A DNA stretch of 64,000 nt from an uncultured Methanosarcinaceae archaeon (GTDB lineage: Archaea > Halobacteriota > Methanosarcinia > Methanosarcinales > Methanosarcinaceae), in assembly GCA_963833425.1 (NCBI GenBank), contig CAWHXP010000013.1:32001-96000 (forward strand), in the 5' to 3' direction. Under the pieces are notes generated by a model, which worked only from the letters and a program-made list of their open reading frames with translations, was not told the origin of the DNA and made no database searches. Position 1 is the first letter of the stretch. Each line of letters begins with the position of its first letter. The position numbers and the translations under genes are program-made. Shown one piece after another: positions 25,662 through 36,726 of this stretch.

Positions 25662-25812
25662 GGGTTCCGTTGCAAAAATAATTTTACTGCCTTTTTAGGC
25701 TATAATTATTGTTTTTTGTATCATTATTAACCTGTTTATGGCATATAAATACTCCATTTGTGATGTTTTTCACTGATTTTGTAAAATAGCCAGATTTTTT
25801 GCAACGGAGCCC
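25662..25812. mobile_element. IS6-derived MITE (151 bp)
   Basis: GGGTTCCGTTGCAAAAA...TTTTTGCAACGGAGCCC, the same TIR as the IS6 at 55863; internally homologous to 55598-55749. Confidence 0.85.
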
Positions 25813-26637
25813 ATCTAAAGAACAACTTTTTGATAATGTTGTTTTGTTCTTCAAGGGTATCTGTCTACTATACAACAATGAATTATATGAATTTTCTAAC
25901 ACATATAAATTAAACATTTATACCATAATTGCAATAATAATTACCATTGGAATAATGTATTTTGTATTTAGCAATATCTCGAAAAGAATTACTAATTCTA
26001 TATGGTTGTTATTTGTTTATTTATCCATTACATTCATTTCAATAATTTATGTTTTCACTTCAATTTCTATTGATATTAATACAACAAGATACCTTACATT
26101 CCCACTAATACTTAATTAGCATCTTGGCTTTGACATACAATCAAAACATGAAATTTCGACGGATATATATTTTCTTATTTTTGTCATTAATTATTATGAA
26201 TTCAGTTTCTAATGCGGAAATTTTAAAAGACGAGCATAATAACCCAAATAGAGAACAATATGAATTAATAGATTATTTGAAAGAATCAAATTTAATTTTT
26301 GATTATGGTAACTATTGGGACTCTAACATCATAACTTATCTATCCAAAGAAAAAAATCATTATTAGGCCTATCAAATTTCATTTTAGACACAATCCATAC
26401 ACAATTGAAAGAAATGAAAGCCTATCAAGTAGAAATGCAATGATAAAGCCTTATATGTGGCTCTTATGCGAAAGATGGTTTACAGAATTACCTAAGACCA
26501 ATGGAAACTTTTTCATTATACAAAGCCAGTTCCAAAAAGAAGAAAATGAGAATTTTGTGCATAAAAATCCGCCAAAAAAAATACTTGAATTTAAAAATTA
26601 TAAAATTTATGTGTATGATATTCCAAAAATGAAATAA
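25813..26637 (+). pseudogene. Membrane protein fragment, GT-C glycosyltransferase-like C-terminal half
   Basis: Three consecutive frameshifted ORFs with TM segments, TRYL and GNYWDSNIITYLS; 5' part missing next to the MITE. Confidence 0.55.
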
Positions 26638-27104
26638 GTGATGGATTTTAATAATAAATAATGAAAAATTTCAAAATCCCGGGATCATTTATTTAATTAG
26701 TTTTCTTTTGGATCAAGTGATAAATAAATATTTTCTGCTTAACTTGAAGGCAACAGATTTAATATAACTATCCAGGCATCCAATGAGCACTACAATTTTT
26801 CTCTTTTTGAGAATAAATAGATATCTCTTTAATTTTATTTTTTTTTGATTAAGACTTACACAATAACAGGCATATGATATTTTTACTTACTTTTAATGTT
26901 GCAGTATCTTTAGGTGATCTATTGGCCTGTCCAAAGATATCATTGATACTATTATGTGAATTAATTATAATATATAAAAACAAATATTAAAAAATATTGA
27001 AGATTATATTCTGAAAAATATACACAGGTTTTATAGCAAAAACTATGTCTAAAAAAGAATATCAAAAATGCTTTTCCTTCTTTCGTCTCAGTGAGAAGAA
27101 GTTC

Positions 27105-27190
27105 AAAAAAGTAAATGGGCATCTGTTTTTTAAATAACTGGATGGGGGGTGTATTAATTGGGGGAAACAAAAAAGTTATCTCTGATGCCC
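27105..27190 (-). ncRNA. Candidate small RNA with closing stem and C-rich loops
   Basis: TATA-like TTCATATAAT ~26 nt upstream; GGGCATC...GATGCCC stem enclosing CCCCC and CACCCCCC; T6 tract at the 3' end. Confidence 0.6.
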
Positions 27191-28108
27191 TATAGTATAA
27201 TGTAACTTATTATTATATGAACTAATGTTTATACAGATAAATTACTATGTTTTTCAGAAGTACTGTGAATAAATCCATATAACAAACAGTACAGCTTTTA
27301 GATTCAAGTTTGCTTATTATGCAATTCTAAAAAAAATGATTTAATTTTGAGCCACGCTCTTATTTGAAAGATTGCTATATTTATTTTGTCCTTGAGATTC
27401 TGCAGCTTCTGACTCCACAGGGATACCCTAGAGAAGCTATCAGCAGTGAATAAGTGAAGTGTTATGAGCATCAGTGATGCACAAAAAAATAGATCTTGTA
27501 AGTTGTGGGTAAGACATACTATTTATCGAAGAGATCTTTGATATTTTTTTGCTTTTAGACGCATAACTACACTCCTACATTCAAACATTCTATTTTTGGA
27601 TTTATGCAATAGTGCATTTATGGATCATTGTATACTTGAATGTGATCAGATATACATCTTTTGAACAAAAAATATTTATAAAAATTTTTAGCTATATAGT
27701 TTATAGCTATCCTATGTGTATTTATAAGGCTTATGACCAGGGGCAGTAACCTTTTGAAATTTAACTATCTGTAACGGTGCTTTATATGAAATCGTTTAAA
27801 ATGTTCCAGGAGATCCATAAGCTCTATGAGTACCATAAGCTCCATGAGTAATGAGATCAGCAATGTTTTCTTATTTAGTATGGAACGTAGGGAATCCAGA
27901 GATTTAGACACAATAAACGATTCACTTTCAAGGTTAACTTTCCATAACCTTTTTTACCCTATTCTTCTTCACAAACTTAAAAGTATAGTGAAATACTTAG
28001 TCGTTTGATCTTAAAGGAATAAGTCTAATAAATACACACCAGTTGATTCAGAAAAAGATCGAAATCAAACTATAATCAGCTACTCAAGACTAGACAGAAA
28101 ATAGTAAA

Positions 28109-28207
28109 CAGGAATTTTGATAGCTAATTTGAGATCCTTTTTCTATATAGCTTATTTCTGCATCGCCATAAATAACTCATTTAAATTAGGGTTTATCGAA
28201 ATCTTCA
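28109..28207. repeat. MITE family A copy (degenerate)
   Basis: GGAATTTTGATAG...GGGTTTATCGAAATCTTC. Confidence 0.5.
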
Positions 28208-28249
28208 AAAATTAAAGAAAAACTGGAAACTAAAAAATCTAACTTCGAA

Positions 28250-28750
28250 TTACTTCAACATTTTAATCATCTCCCTCCCAAAAGCATAAAGGTCATGCGG
28301 GCTCCTTGATGATATCAGGTTTCCATCTATAACGACTTCACGGTCTTCGTAAAGTGCTCCTGCAGCTATAATATCGTCCCTTATCCCTAACCAACAGGTG
28401 GCTTTTCTGCCTTTTATAACACCTGCCGAGACTAAAACCTGGGGACCATGGCAGATTGCTGCAACTGGTTTGTTTTCTTTGAAGAAGTATCTTGTAATCT
28501 CAAGTGCATCTTTGTCAAGCCTCATTTTTTCAGGCCCTTTTCCTCCGGAGATCACGAGGAGATTATAATCTGCAGGATTCACATCCTTAAATGCAACATC
28601 AGCATTGATTTCATATCCGTGTTTTCCTGTTATAGGCCCTGTCTTCATCGAAGCTATATGTGTGGTTATTTCTTTTTCTTTCAAACGATGGTATGGATAG
28701 ATAAGTTCCACATCTTCAAAACCATCGGCTCCGAATATAAGTGCTTTCAG
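28250..28750 (-). CDS. pfpI: PfpI/DJ-1-family protease/deglycase (type 1 glutamine amidotransferase-like)
   Basis: (M)KALIFGADGFEDVELIYPY, ISGG, AICHGP, SRSPHDL; the expected start position is CTG. Confidence 0.9.
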   Translation of the reverse strand: MKALIFGADGFEDVELIYPYHRLKEKEITTHIASMKTGPITGKHGYEINADVAFKDVNPADYNLLVISGGKGPEKMRLDKDALEITRYFFKENKPVAAICHGPQVLVSAGVIKGRKATCWLGIRDDIIAAGALYEDREVVIDGNLISSRSPHDLYAFGREMIKMLK

Positions 28751-28937
28751 ATAGATCCAACCGGGATTTTATTTCGCTTTTTCAACCTCTTGCACTTAAA
28801 AACTGTGCACACAAAAAATTATTCATAAAGCAAATATAGCTTTCTGATTGTGAAAACTTAAAAGGTATAAATCTGTCCATAATCTGTGTGGGGTTAGATT
28901 GTTTCAAAGCTCGTGTTGAGGAAAACCCGGAAATCCA

Positions 28938-29030
28938 GAGAGAATTTCGATAAACTTCAATTTTTGGTTTATTACCTATAAAACGAATGTAACCAATTTA
29001 TTAAAATCGGAGGTTTACCGAAATTCGCTA
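28938..29030. repeat. MITE family A copy
   Basis: AGAGAATTTCGATAAAC...GGTTTACCGAAATTCGCTA. Confidence 0.75.
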
Positions 29031-29124
29031 CAATTTCCCCATATATTCATACATACTACCAATTCTACCTTACTCTTTCACTGTTTGCTGTTCACTTTAA
29101 ATCAATGTATAATTTCCCCCCTCG

Positions 29125-29300
29125 TTTTTTAAATTAATTATACAAAAAATAGTTTCTTGATAAAAATTAATTTTCCCTAAAATATTTTAATCTAGAACAA
29201 TAATTTGATATTAATGATTTTTTTATCTTTCCCAGAAATCTTCACAAATTTAACATTAGCTTTTTCCTAAAAAAGCAGTATACACTAACCCTATATTTAA
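29125..29300 (-). promoter_or_regulatory. Conserved upstream module, copy 1 (faces pfpI)
   Basis: TTTAAATTAATTATACAAAAAATAGTTTCTTGATAAAAATT...ATATTTTAA...ACAATAATTTGATATTAATGA shared with five other loci. Confidence 0.6.
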
Positions 29301-29708
29301 TTCTAAATTTTCGGTGGCCTTATCCTTCTAGGACTTGGAACAAGTTCATTGATTTTGAGTAATTGATTAAAACAATAATCAATTAGAAGATAATGACTTT
29401 TTTAACTTTAATGAACCCCATGAGTCAATGGATATGCTAACAAAGTTATTTTCTAGTTTCATTGACACAAGTTTTTGTGTCAAAAAATATACTAATGAAA
29501 ACAAGAGAAAAGAAGTTTTGGAAGCATAAAAATTAACTTTTCTTCCTATATTTTTGCAGATCTTCTGTAAGCTGCCTTACTCCGTTTTAGATGTGCGTTC
29601 TTCATAATCTGTATCCCTTTTTATTAAGATTTTAGTTTATTTTAACGTTGATGCTTTACATTTTGCATTTCAACATACAATTTATTATAAGATCACTATC
29701 ATACAAGA

Positions 29709-30227
29709 ATGTGTGATAAGATAAAGCAATTTTTTTTAGAGAATAGATTTATGGACAAAAAATTTAAAGTAAACGAGAAAGAAAGTTTAACGAAATACAT
29801 CACCGATGAGGAACGCAGGCAGTTGCTTACAGCTTTACATTCACGCCTTTTCTGGGTAGGTCAATACATCCCACATAGTATAGAAGTAGAAGGAAAAAAC
29901 TGTCACTTGCATGATTATGTATGGGAATTAATCCAGAAAGAAACGCTTACTCAAACTGAAAAGTCCACTATAGATAAATGTATTGAGATGATTTCGACAA
30001 AGGAAAAGGAAGATGAGAGAAATCTGGAAGAACGATCCCTTACACAGGAAGAAGCAAAAGCTTTATATCACGAAACTGCAGGCCTACTGCGTGCGATAAT
30101 GGACCTAAAAGAAATAAAGGATGGAACTCTTAGGGAAAATACAAAACATTTTCAAGAACAGTTTGGTGACCAAAGAGTCAAAGATGCCAAGCTCTGGCTT
30201 GAATTTATCAAAAAAGTATCTAAGTAA
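29709..30227 (+). CDS. Conserved methanogen hypothetical protein (DUF5788-like)
   Basis: LHSRLFWVG..IP and GLLRAIMDL motifs; start may be the ATG at 29751. Confidence 0.75.
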   Translation: MCDKIKQFFLENRFMDKKFKVNEKESLTKYITDEERRQLLTALHSRLFWVGQYIPHSIEVEGKNCHLHDYVWELIQKETLTQTEKSTIDKCIEMISTKEKEDERNLEERSLTQEEAKALYHETAGLLRAIMDLKEIKDGTLRENTKHFQEQFGDQRVKDAKLWLEFIKKVSK

Positions 30228-30279
30228 AGTGCTGGAAATGAGTAATAACAGGTTTTGATTTTACGCTTTACCTGACTAT

Positions 30280-31210
30280 ATTTTGTCAAAAATTCTAAAG
30301 CTGTTTACTCATATGGACAACTGGCCCCTATTACAGCACTGATACAACAGGATTTACGAGTTCCTATGCAGGTCATGATTATTCCTGCAGAACAGAAAAT
30401 CTACGAAGGAGCTTTTGAAAATTTTAAGATCATTCGACACAGTAAAAAATATTACGGCCCTTAAAAATTGTCCAATTTTTAAGGACTAATGAACTTTATT
30501 TACCAGATCAGATACCTTTTAATTGTTATTAAAAGAAAAAAACGTTTTTAATATCATTTTTCTTAATTTAAAAGAATATTCGCCTTTAATTTATTCCTTA
30601 GACTCTTATTTATTTTTTGACACTAAACCCAGTATAAGTAAAAAACGTGATCTAATCAATAATTATAAATAAATAAAGTTTGGCAATAAACCAAGCTATT
30701 ATTAAGTGCAGTTACCAATTTTAAAGCTTAATTTTATTTATTAGCTTAAAATTTGAATTATTGGAGTGTATTTTTCTTTTAAGAATTCCAATTATTTATA
30801 TTTCCTAAAATAAATATATTGGGATATTAGTTTATGCACTAATTATGAAAGATCCTAAAAAATATGATATTAAAGATAGAAAATTAATCAGAAAGGTTGT
30901 CTAAAAACTCTAACCAATTATACAACTGTGACAAAATATTCTACTATAAGGTCGAATTGTACCGGAATTACGGAATAATTTCCTATCCAAATTTAAAGTA
31001 AAAATTTGTGATCACTCAATTGTATTATTGAGTTGAGTTGTGAGACAGCTTGCAGAAAATAGATCATGAAATCAAACATCAAACGCTAGATTAGACAATC
31101 AGATAGGATAAGAAAATTTCAATGTATTTAATGAATAAGAGACATGATTCAGAAAAATCCATTTTCTAATTAGAGATGAAATAAGATCAGACTCAATCCT
31201 ACCTGTAAAA
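30280..31210 (+). mobile_element. Old fragment of the 19153-type IS5, split by a ~600-bp insertion
   Basis: 30280-30452 aligns to ~19545-19720 and 31056-31210 aligns to ~19742-19897. Confidence 0.7.
30894..31051. repeat. MITE-like element, ~158 bp
   Basis: Imperfect TIRs AGGTTGTCTAAAAACTC / GAGTTGTGAGACAGCTT. Confidence 0.55.
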
Positions 31211-31300
31211 TAATCAGTAGCCAACAGTTGAATAAAATAAACTCACCTAAATTTGCTCATTAATCTTAGTAACAGTAACTAATGATATTGTTTTCCACAG

Positions 31301-31407
31301 GTTGGATATCTGAGTTTGAATAATTCCTTTATATCAGAGCAATGATTCACCCAGTTGTTTCTAAATGGATTATGACCCAAAATATTTATTTCAGTCGGAT
31401 ACCCAAC
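31301..31407. repeat. MITE-like element, ~107 bp
   Basis: Imperfect TIRs GTTGGATATCTGAGTTTGAATAA / TTATTTCAGTCGGATACCCAAC. Confidence 0.45.
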
Positions 31408-31576
31408 AGCAATTTATAGGATATTAGACTGAAATAAATTCATTTTTATAAATTTTTTAAGTTTTAATTTTCGCTATGTAGCCCACAATTTGAAGAACTA
31501 AAATTAACTTTTAGTTGGCTCAGGGTTTCGGGTATCGTTTTACTTATATTTCAAAGTATCCTATTAGATCTATTAC

Positions 31577-32875
31577 TCAGGCTTTTAATTTTTCTATAAG
31601 CTCTTCTGCAGCTTTTTTCGCATCTTCCATTACTTTTTGCTCATCAAGAACCAGCACCTTGTAATTGTCCATTAGTACTTTACCGTTCACGATTGTTGTC
31701 CTCACATCGCTCCCTTTTGCTGAATACACAAGATGGGATCGAACGTCAAAGCAAGGGGTAAGGTGTGGCTTTTTCATGTCCAGGATTATCATGTCAGCCT
31801 TTTTACCAATTTTTAACATACCTGTTTCAGGATCAAGAGCCTTGGACCCATTAACCGTCCCCATCTCAATTAACTGCCTGACAGGAAGGATAAGCGGATT
31901 TGAAGTATTTACTTTATGTAGAAGAGCAGCGGTTTTCATCTCTTCGAAGAGATCGAGGTTATTATTTGAGGCGCAGCCATCAGTGCCAAGGCTGACATTT
32001 ACACCTTTTTCGAGCATCTTATGTACAGGTGCAATTCCAGAAGCCATTTTCATATTACTCACGACATTATGGGAAACATTGACTTCTCTTTTCCTCAAAA
32101 TATCAATATCCCTGTCCGAAAGCCAGATACAGTGAGCTGCAAGCACGTCAGGGCCAAAAAATCCGATATCATCCAGTAGGTGTACTGAACATTTCCCGTA
32201 CTTTTCCTTCATTAATACGAGTTCGGCTTCTGTTTCCAGTACATGGATATGAATTCCAACTCCATCCTTAGTAGCTTCTTCTCTAACCTTTGCGAGAAAA
32301 TCCTCTGAGCACGTATTAGGAGCATGCGGCCCATACATTGTTTTTATTCTGCCGTCTGCTGCACCCTGCCATCTCCGGACAAAGCGTTTTCCTTCTTTAA
32401 GGTCTGTTTCTCCTTTTTCTTTGTTCCAGAGCTCTACTAGGCCGTGAGAAAGCGAGGCTCGAAGTCCGGATAGCTCAACAGCTTTTGAAGTTTCGTCCAT
32501 AAAAAAGTACATGTCTGCAAAAAAAGTAGTTCCTGACTTTATCATTTCCAGGCATGCAAGTAGGCTGCCTTTGTAGACATCTTCTGCTGTGAGCCTGGCT
32601 TCAGCAGGCCATATATGTCCATTAAGCCATTCCGAAAGTTGCAGGTCGTCGGCATAACCTCGTAAAAGAGTCATTGCTGCGTGAGTATGTGTATTTACAA
32701 GCCCAGGCATTACTACAGAATTTTTTGCATCAATCACTGTCTCTGCTCTTTCATTTGTCTTTTCCCCAACTGCCGTAATTCTATTGTCTTCAATAACAAT
32801 GGTTCCGTTTTTAAGATCACCAAGATCTGGATCCATCGTTAAAATATAAGCATTTTTTATAATTATGTCAGCCAT
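31577..32875 (-). CDS. mtaD: 5'-deoxyadenosine/MTA/SAH deaminase (amidohydrolase)
   Basis: PGLVNTHTH, GPHA, HIHVLET, AAHC, SNMK, GTDGCASNN; SAM-cycle gene context. Confidence 0.9.
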   Translation of the reverse strand: MADIIIKNAYILTMDPDLGDLKNGTIVIEDNRITAVGEKTNERAETVIDAKNSVVMPGLVNTHTHAAMTLLRGYADDLQLSEWLNGHIWPAEARLTAEDVYKGSLLACLEMIKSGTTFFADMYFFMDETSKAVELSGLRASLSHGLVELWNKEKGETDLKEGKRFVRRWQGAADGRIKTMYGPHAPNTCSEDFLAKVREEATKDGVGIHIHVLETEAELVLMKEKYGKCSVHLLDDIGFFGPDVLAAHCIWLSDRDIDILRKREVNVSHNVVSNMKMASGIAPVHKMLEKGVNVSLGTDGCASNNNLDLFEEMKTAALLHKVNTSNPLILPVRQLIEMGTVNGSKALDPETGMLKIGKKADMIILDMKKPHLTPCFDVRSHLVYSAKGSDVRTTIVNGKVLMDNYKVLVLDEQKVMEDAKKAAEELIEKLKA

Positions 32876-32895
32876 ATGATCATGTCCATCATGTA

Positions 32896-33970
32896 GTCAA
32901 CTACCTGCCATTCAAGTAACAAATATGGATCTCCCTGATATATTATCCGTATAAGTGGTAAACAGACACACATGAAACTCTAAGATATACCGATAGTCTC
33001 ATGTTCTGTGTTCGATGTTTCTAGCGACATCAACTCGGCATTGAATTCAAAATTGCAAGTTTACACAGAAATTCAATCCATTTATTTTTAGAGATATGTT
33101 TACACCTGCAACAAGCCTTGGGAGTATAATTCTGGATCCACACATTCTGTTATTATACCAGAATTTTTTGTTTTTTACTCAACGAATTATTGTAATTGGT
33201 AAAAAGCCCAGTTATTATGGAGATATTTTTGTTTCTTTCTTAGATTGTTGTTAGTTATATTCCTTATTCAGGTTAAGTCTTCTAAATCTATTACAGAAAC
33301 ACCGTTTTCAACTCAAATTTTACGATTGCTTTGGAAATAAAATGATTAACGTTTGTCATAAGATGTTTCTCTCTTCCAGCTAAATGCTTTATCATCCTCT
33401 TCGCTTACAAATTCCCTTAGATTGTAATCTTGCTCTCATATTTTTGTATACGTTTCTTTTATTTTTCATTTCTCCACCGGCAAAAAACTTGCATTTCTTG
33501 TCAGTATTGGAAGCTACAGCTAAGAAATTTATGCATAGATCTATACTCATGAAAGTCGAAACTTCTTTTGTTCTCTTGTTTGGAGTTCTTGTGATACAGT
33601 AAGATGGAAATAATAATAATCATCTTTATGCTTTACGACTATAGAAGCTTCAAATTTTCAAGGAATTTTGAAGAATTGCTTTGCATCAGGATAATTACAG
33701 ATTTTATAGATTTTCCTACCATGACTAAAGGTAGTTATACAAACCAACTAGAAACTTAGTTCATACCATTTGCATATTTTTCATCTTCTCTACTAAATCA
33801 AAATCAACATCTATTATCCTCAATGGTATTATTTTAATAGATTTCATGATAAGTACATTCACATAAAAATAAATGTAACTTTCGTTTGAATTTTGTACTA
33901 AAACAGGGATTGAGAAAATCACGCATTCCTACCATATCTAAAGAATTAGAAATTTTGCTTCGATTCTTGA
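32896..33970 (-). mobile_element. tnpB: IS200/IS605-family (TnpB-only) element, tnpB pseudogene at ~32943-33847
   Basis: Minus strand reads, across frameshifts: SIDLCINFLAVAS (RuvC-I), NHFISKAIV, LEDL (RuvC-II), NWAFYQL, VDP, C..C zinc-finger remnants, RNIEHR. Right end GGTAGTTGAC at 32896. Confidence 0.85.
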
Positions 33971-33984
33971 ACTAAAGCTTATAA

Positions 33985-34074
33985 GAGAGAATTTCGATAA
34001 ATCCCTAAATTTCGTAATATTCTCATATGGCATATCAATATCCGTGAAAATCAGAAGTTTACCGAAATTCTCTA
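33985..34074. repeat. MITE family A copy
   Basis: AGAGAATTTCGATAAA...TTTACCGAAATTCTCTA. Confidence 0.8.
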
Positions 34075-34527
34075 TATTAGATAATTATTATCAATTTAAG
34101 TTCCCTCTGTTTTGTATGGGTAATTTGATCCATTTCCAAAATATGAGAACATCACTTTTAGAAATTCGAGATATCTGTTGTCTAAAAATACATTCAATCT
34201 CTGTGTTTATATTTTTGATCGGCTACTTTTAACTAAATATTTATTTTTACCACACAAAACAGCGATGAGCCATAATTATTAAAGATATATAGGATTTATG
34301 CACTTGAGGTACAAAATCAGATATAACCGTCACTGTTGTTTAAATTTAAACTTTTGGATCTTGAGAGGTTCAATGCTATTGATTTTTCAGTTCAACTAGT
34401 AAGTCTTAGATCTAAAAATGTAAATATCAGTAAGTGTGCATTCGCAGGATATTTGCATCAAAAAATTGACTGGCAAATTAATGACAGACGTTGTTGTTAA
34501 TCGGCAGGTGAATATATTTTGGCTTGA

Positions 34528-35451
34528 TCATTCAGTAACTGCACATGCAAAGTGCACATACTCAAGATGTCCATCCGGACGTTCTTGTAAGTAGCGTTCT
34601 TCGATATCTGCTGGACTCAAATTTTCGTGAAGACGAAATCCCAAAGTTGTGAGATTTTCAGCCAATCTTGATGGATTGAAGCCATCTGTCTTCATTTGTT
34701 CGTCTATTTTTTGCAAAAACTCCAGTGTTTTTTGCATTTGTGGAGATAATTTTTCGGGAGCAAGTGCATCGGTATCAAAATAATCAAAAACTATAGTACT
34801 ATCCACAGGGGCAACCTCGGTAATGGAACGTAGTGTTGCAAACACTTCTTCTTGGGTCAAGTAAGGGGTAACACCGAACCAGCTAAAGAAGCTTTTAACA
34901 TTTGGATTATAAGATGATGATCGAGTCAGTGATGTCACCAGACTTTCCTTCGTAAAATCTATAGGAACAAAGTGTAATTTTGCTGGATGTTTCCATCCCA
35001 ACTGAGCAATGCGAAGAAGTTTAAATTCTTGTGTGGCTGGATGGTCAACCTCAAACACTTCCAAGTGTTCCATCATTTCTGGTCGCCTAAATGCAAAGGT
35101 ATCCATCCCTGCCCCAAGGATCACATACTGCTTTACACCCTGCAGGACAGCTTTTTCAAGAGTTTCTTCAGTATATCGTGCACGGCTTATAACATTATTA
35201 ATTGCTTGCATAAAATGCGTTGAGGTGGTAATCTGGTCTGAGAGCGAGGTCGTATGCTTAGAATCGTTTAATTCTTTATTCAAATTCAAATAATATTCAA
35301 CCAAATGTTGTTCGATTATTGTTCTTTTTTCCTCTGGTATCAAATTATAGGCTAGAAAGTCATCAAAAATTTTTGAATTATCGTGCATGGAATGATAGGC
35401 ACGCATGTAGGCTACCATCATTGCAGTAAAGCTAGCTTGGTTATCTTTCAT
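34528..35451 (-). CDS. Class I SAM-dependent methyltransferase (LCM/YktD-like)
   Basis: QYVILGAGMDT, FEVDHP, GVTPYL, FDY motifs. Confidence 0.9.
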   Translation of the reverse strand: MKDNQASFTAMMVAYMRAYHSMHDNSKIFDDFLAYNLIPEEKRTIIEQHLVEYYLNLNKELNDSKHTTSLSDQITTSTHFMQAINNVISRARYTEETLEKAVLQGVKQYVILGAGMDTFAFRRPEMMEHLEVFEVDHPATQEFKLLRIAQLGWKHPAKLHFVPIDFTKESLVTSLTRSSSYNPNVKSFFSWFGVTPYLTQEEVFATLRSITEVAPVDSTIVFDYFDTDALAPEKLSPQMQKTLEFLQKIDEQMKTDGFNPSRLAENLTTLGFRLHENLSPADIEERYLQERPDGHLEYVHFACAVTE

Positions 35452-36726
35452 TTGATAATCCCTTTTTTGCTATAGTATCTTAAAAACTGAAAATATTAAT
35501 CTCTTAAAAAAACCATATCTGTGTGGTATTTATGCATTTGAGGCACAAAATAGAGTGCAATCGACACTTTGATTTGAATTTATGTTTTAAATAAGTAAAA
35601 GATTAATTATATATTTTTCAGCTAAGCTGCTTAAGTCCTACAGTTTGCAAGTAATTACACTCAAGTAATCATTTATCACCTACTATTATATAATGATTTT
35701 GAGAATTTTTGCCCACTTTACGCAGATGTTTTCAAAAAAATAACATTTTTCATGCTATATTTTTTGAAGAAATATTTAAAAATCTTCTGTTATTGTCATG
35801 ACTTAACCACGGCGATTACAGAAAAAAACAGTAGCATAAAGCCGATTATTTTTTTAAAACATATATAGAAAGGGGCTTTAGGTATAGGCGGTTAAAATAC
35901 ATATGCAATAAATATAATGCTTTTATCCATTTTGTTCATTTTTCTGTGAGAACCTATGAATATAAAATTTTACTTTTATATTAGAATTTTAATTTTAAAA
36001 ACGTCTTTTTTTCATCAGCTTATCCTTTACCAGTTCTTCTTCAGGAATATCACTGGAATAACATAAAATTGGTTGTTATTATGAAAATAAACAATATTAC
36101 GTATTAACTTTATTTTAACATATCGCACTAATTATTTGATATTTCATAAAAAAAGCATTGTATAGAACACTTTATTTCAAAAAATGAAAAATATCAAAAA
36201 TCAAAGAATATAAGAGTATACCTTTTAATGGCATGAGAAAGCTGAGGCTTGAAGCCCTAGTATACTTTGTGATATATAGGCATCTGTCGATTTTCAAAAA
36301 CCATAAACCTATTAAAGTATTAATTAATGCTCTGCAAGTCATCACTTACTATCAAAAAACGTATAAATATACGCATTGGTAAATACAGGATAAAATATTT
36401 CAGGCGAACCCCATAAGGTGCTCTCCAGTTAAACTAGTAAACCAAATTTGACATATTCTACCGATTGATACAGTACCTCGTGCAAAAATAGATTGTATTG
36501 GACAGAATCCATTTTGGAATGAAAATATCAAAAATAAAAAAATACAACGTTGAATTTTTAGTAATATTGGAAAATCAAGGACATAAAGCCCATTTAAACA
36601 TTACAAAGCGTATTTTTCTGTCAAATTTAGGTACCAACAGTAAAACTCAGAAATAACATTCGATTTATATACTCACATTTAATACAATTAATTTAACTGT
36701 CTGTCTGATATTACGGAATTATCAAG

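Noticed and set aside
27815..27850. Two 18-bp tandem units CCATAAGCTCYATGAGTA
   Set aside because: Only two copies with no spacer and no supported ORF; probably a local slippage duplication
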